In this document: in pieces, positions 63,447 through 64,000 of the stretch
How the letters are laid out: the number at the start of each line of letters is the position of its first letter
Numbering within the stretch: the stretch's first letter is position 1
Made by a program: the position numbers and the translations under genes
Source of the DNA: Octopus sinensis
Taxonomy: Eukaryota
Assembly (NCBI RefSeq): GCF_006345805.1
Contig: NC_043019.1
Coordinates: 20,645,360-20,709,359, forward strand
Direction: 5' to 3'
DNA: 64,000 nucleotides
Notes under the pieces: generated by a model
What the model was told of the DNA's origin: nothing
Database searches by the model: none
The model's input: the letters and a program-made list of their open reading frames with translations, nothing else

Positions 63447-64000
63447 AAAAAAAAATATATATATAAAACAACAGCCTTCCTTCAGTTTCCATTTACCAAA
63501 TCCACTCACAAGGCTATGGTTTGCCTAAGTAGAAGATATTTAATCAAGGTGCTATGCAGTGGGACTGAATCCAGACCTGTGTGGTTGGGAAGTGAGCTTC
63601 TTACTGCACAATCACCTCTGCACCTAAGCCATGTTTAATGTGATAAACTTTCACCTAAGATATCGCTGTTCTCATGTCACCGTTCTCTGCATGACTTCAC
63701 TGAACCATATTTTAGAGGGTAGTGAACAAATGAGTCTTAATAATAATCTTTCAGTACTCTTAGTTCTGCTCTACTTACTGCTTCTGTACAACATTTACTT
63801 GACCTAGCACCTATGTTTTGTGCTTTCTTGTTGCTCTATAGTCTATCCACGTCATCAAGTCCTCGCCGATGACAAGCATTTTTTTGTATGCATTGCAAAC
63901 CATAGATATTTTTTTTCCAGTTTTCAAAAGAAAATAATGTATGACCTTGTTACAGGTCAACATAAAGTTTGACACTACTTAGTGACATAGGTCAACCAAG

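Overview
AT-rich, repeat-dense metazoan genomic DNA. The SINE, LINE and microsatellite landscape looks like an octopus/coleoid cephalopod; this is inferred from repeat style and not proven. The main feature is one minus-strand nuclear lamin gene. I traced ten coding exons by hand, all with GT-AG junctions and compatible phases: 47197-46782, 20203-20071, 18935-18786, 16152-15985, 14514-14389, 12120-11900, 9988-9772, 8291-8187, 6913-6797 and 5847-5761. Together they give 1740 nt (580 aa): head with CDK1-type site, long coil 1b rod, YRKLLEGEEER rod end, NLS and Ig-like lamin tail domain. Intron 1 is about 26.6 kb. I found no in-frame CaaX exon in the 5.76 kb downstream, so the C-terminus is unresolved. 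The rest of the window is transposon-derived: tRNA-derived SINEs, RTE/CR1/Penelope/mariner relics, piggyBac-, hAT- and Merlin-type MITEs with target-site duplications, and Helitron ends. The least expected signal is a set of minimal type I hammerhead-ribozyme-like motifs in palindromic or tandem repeats. One tandem pair has predicted cleavage sites 317 nt apart, which is retrozyme-like. No second protein-coding gene is supportable.
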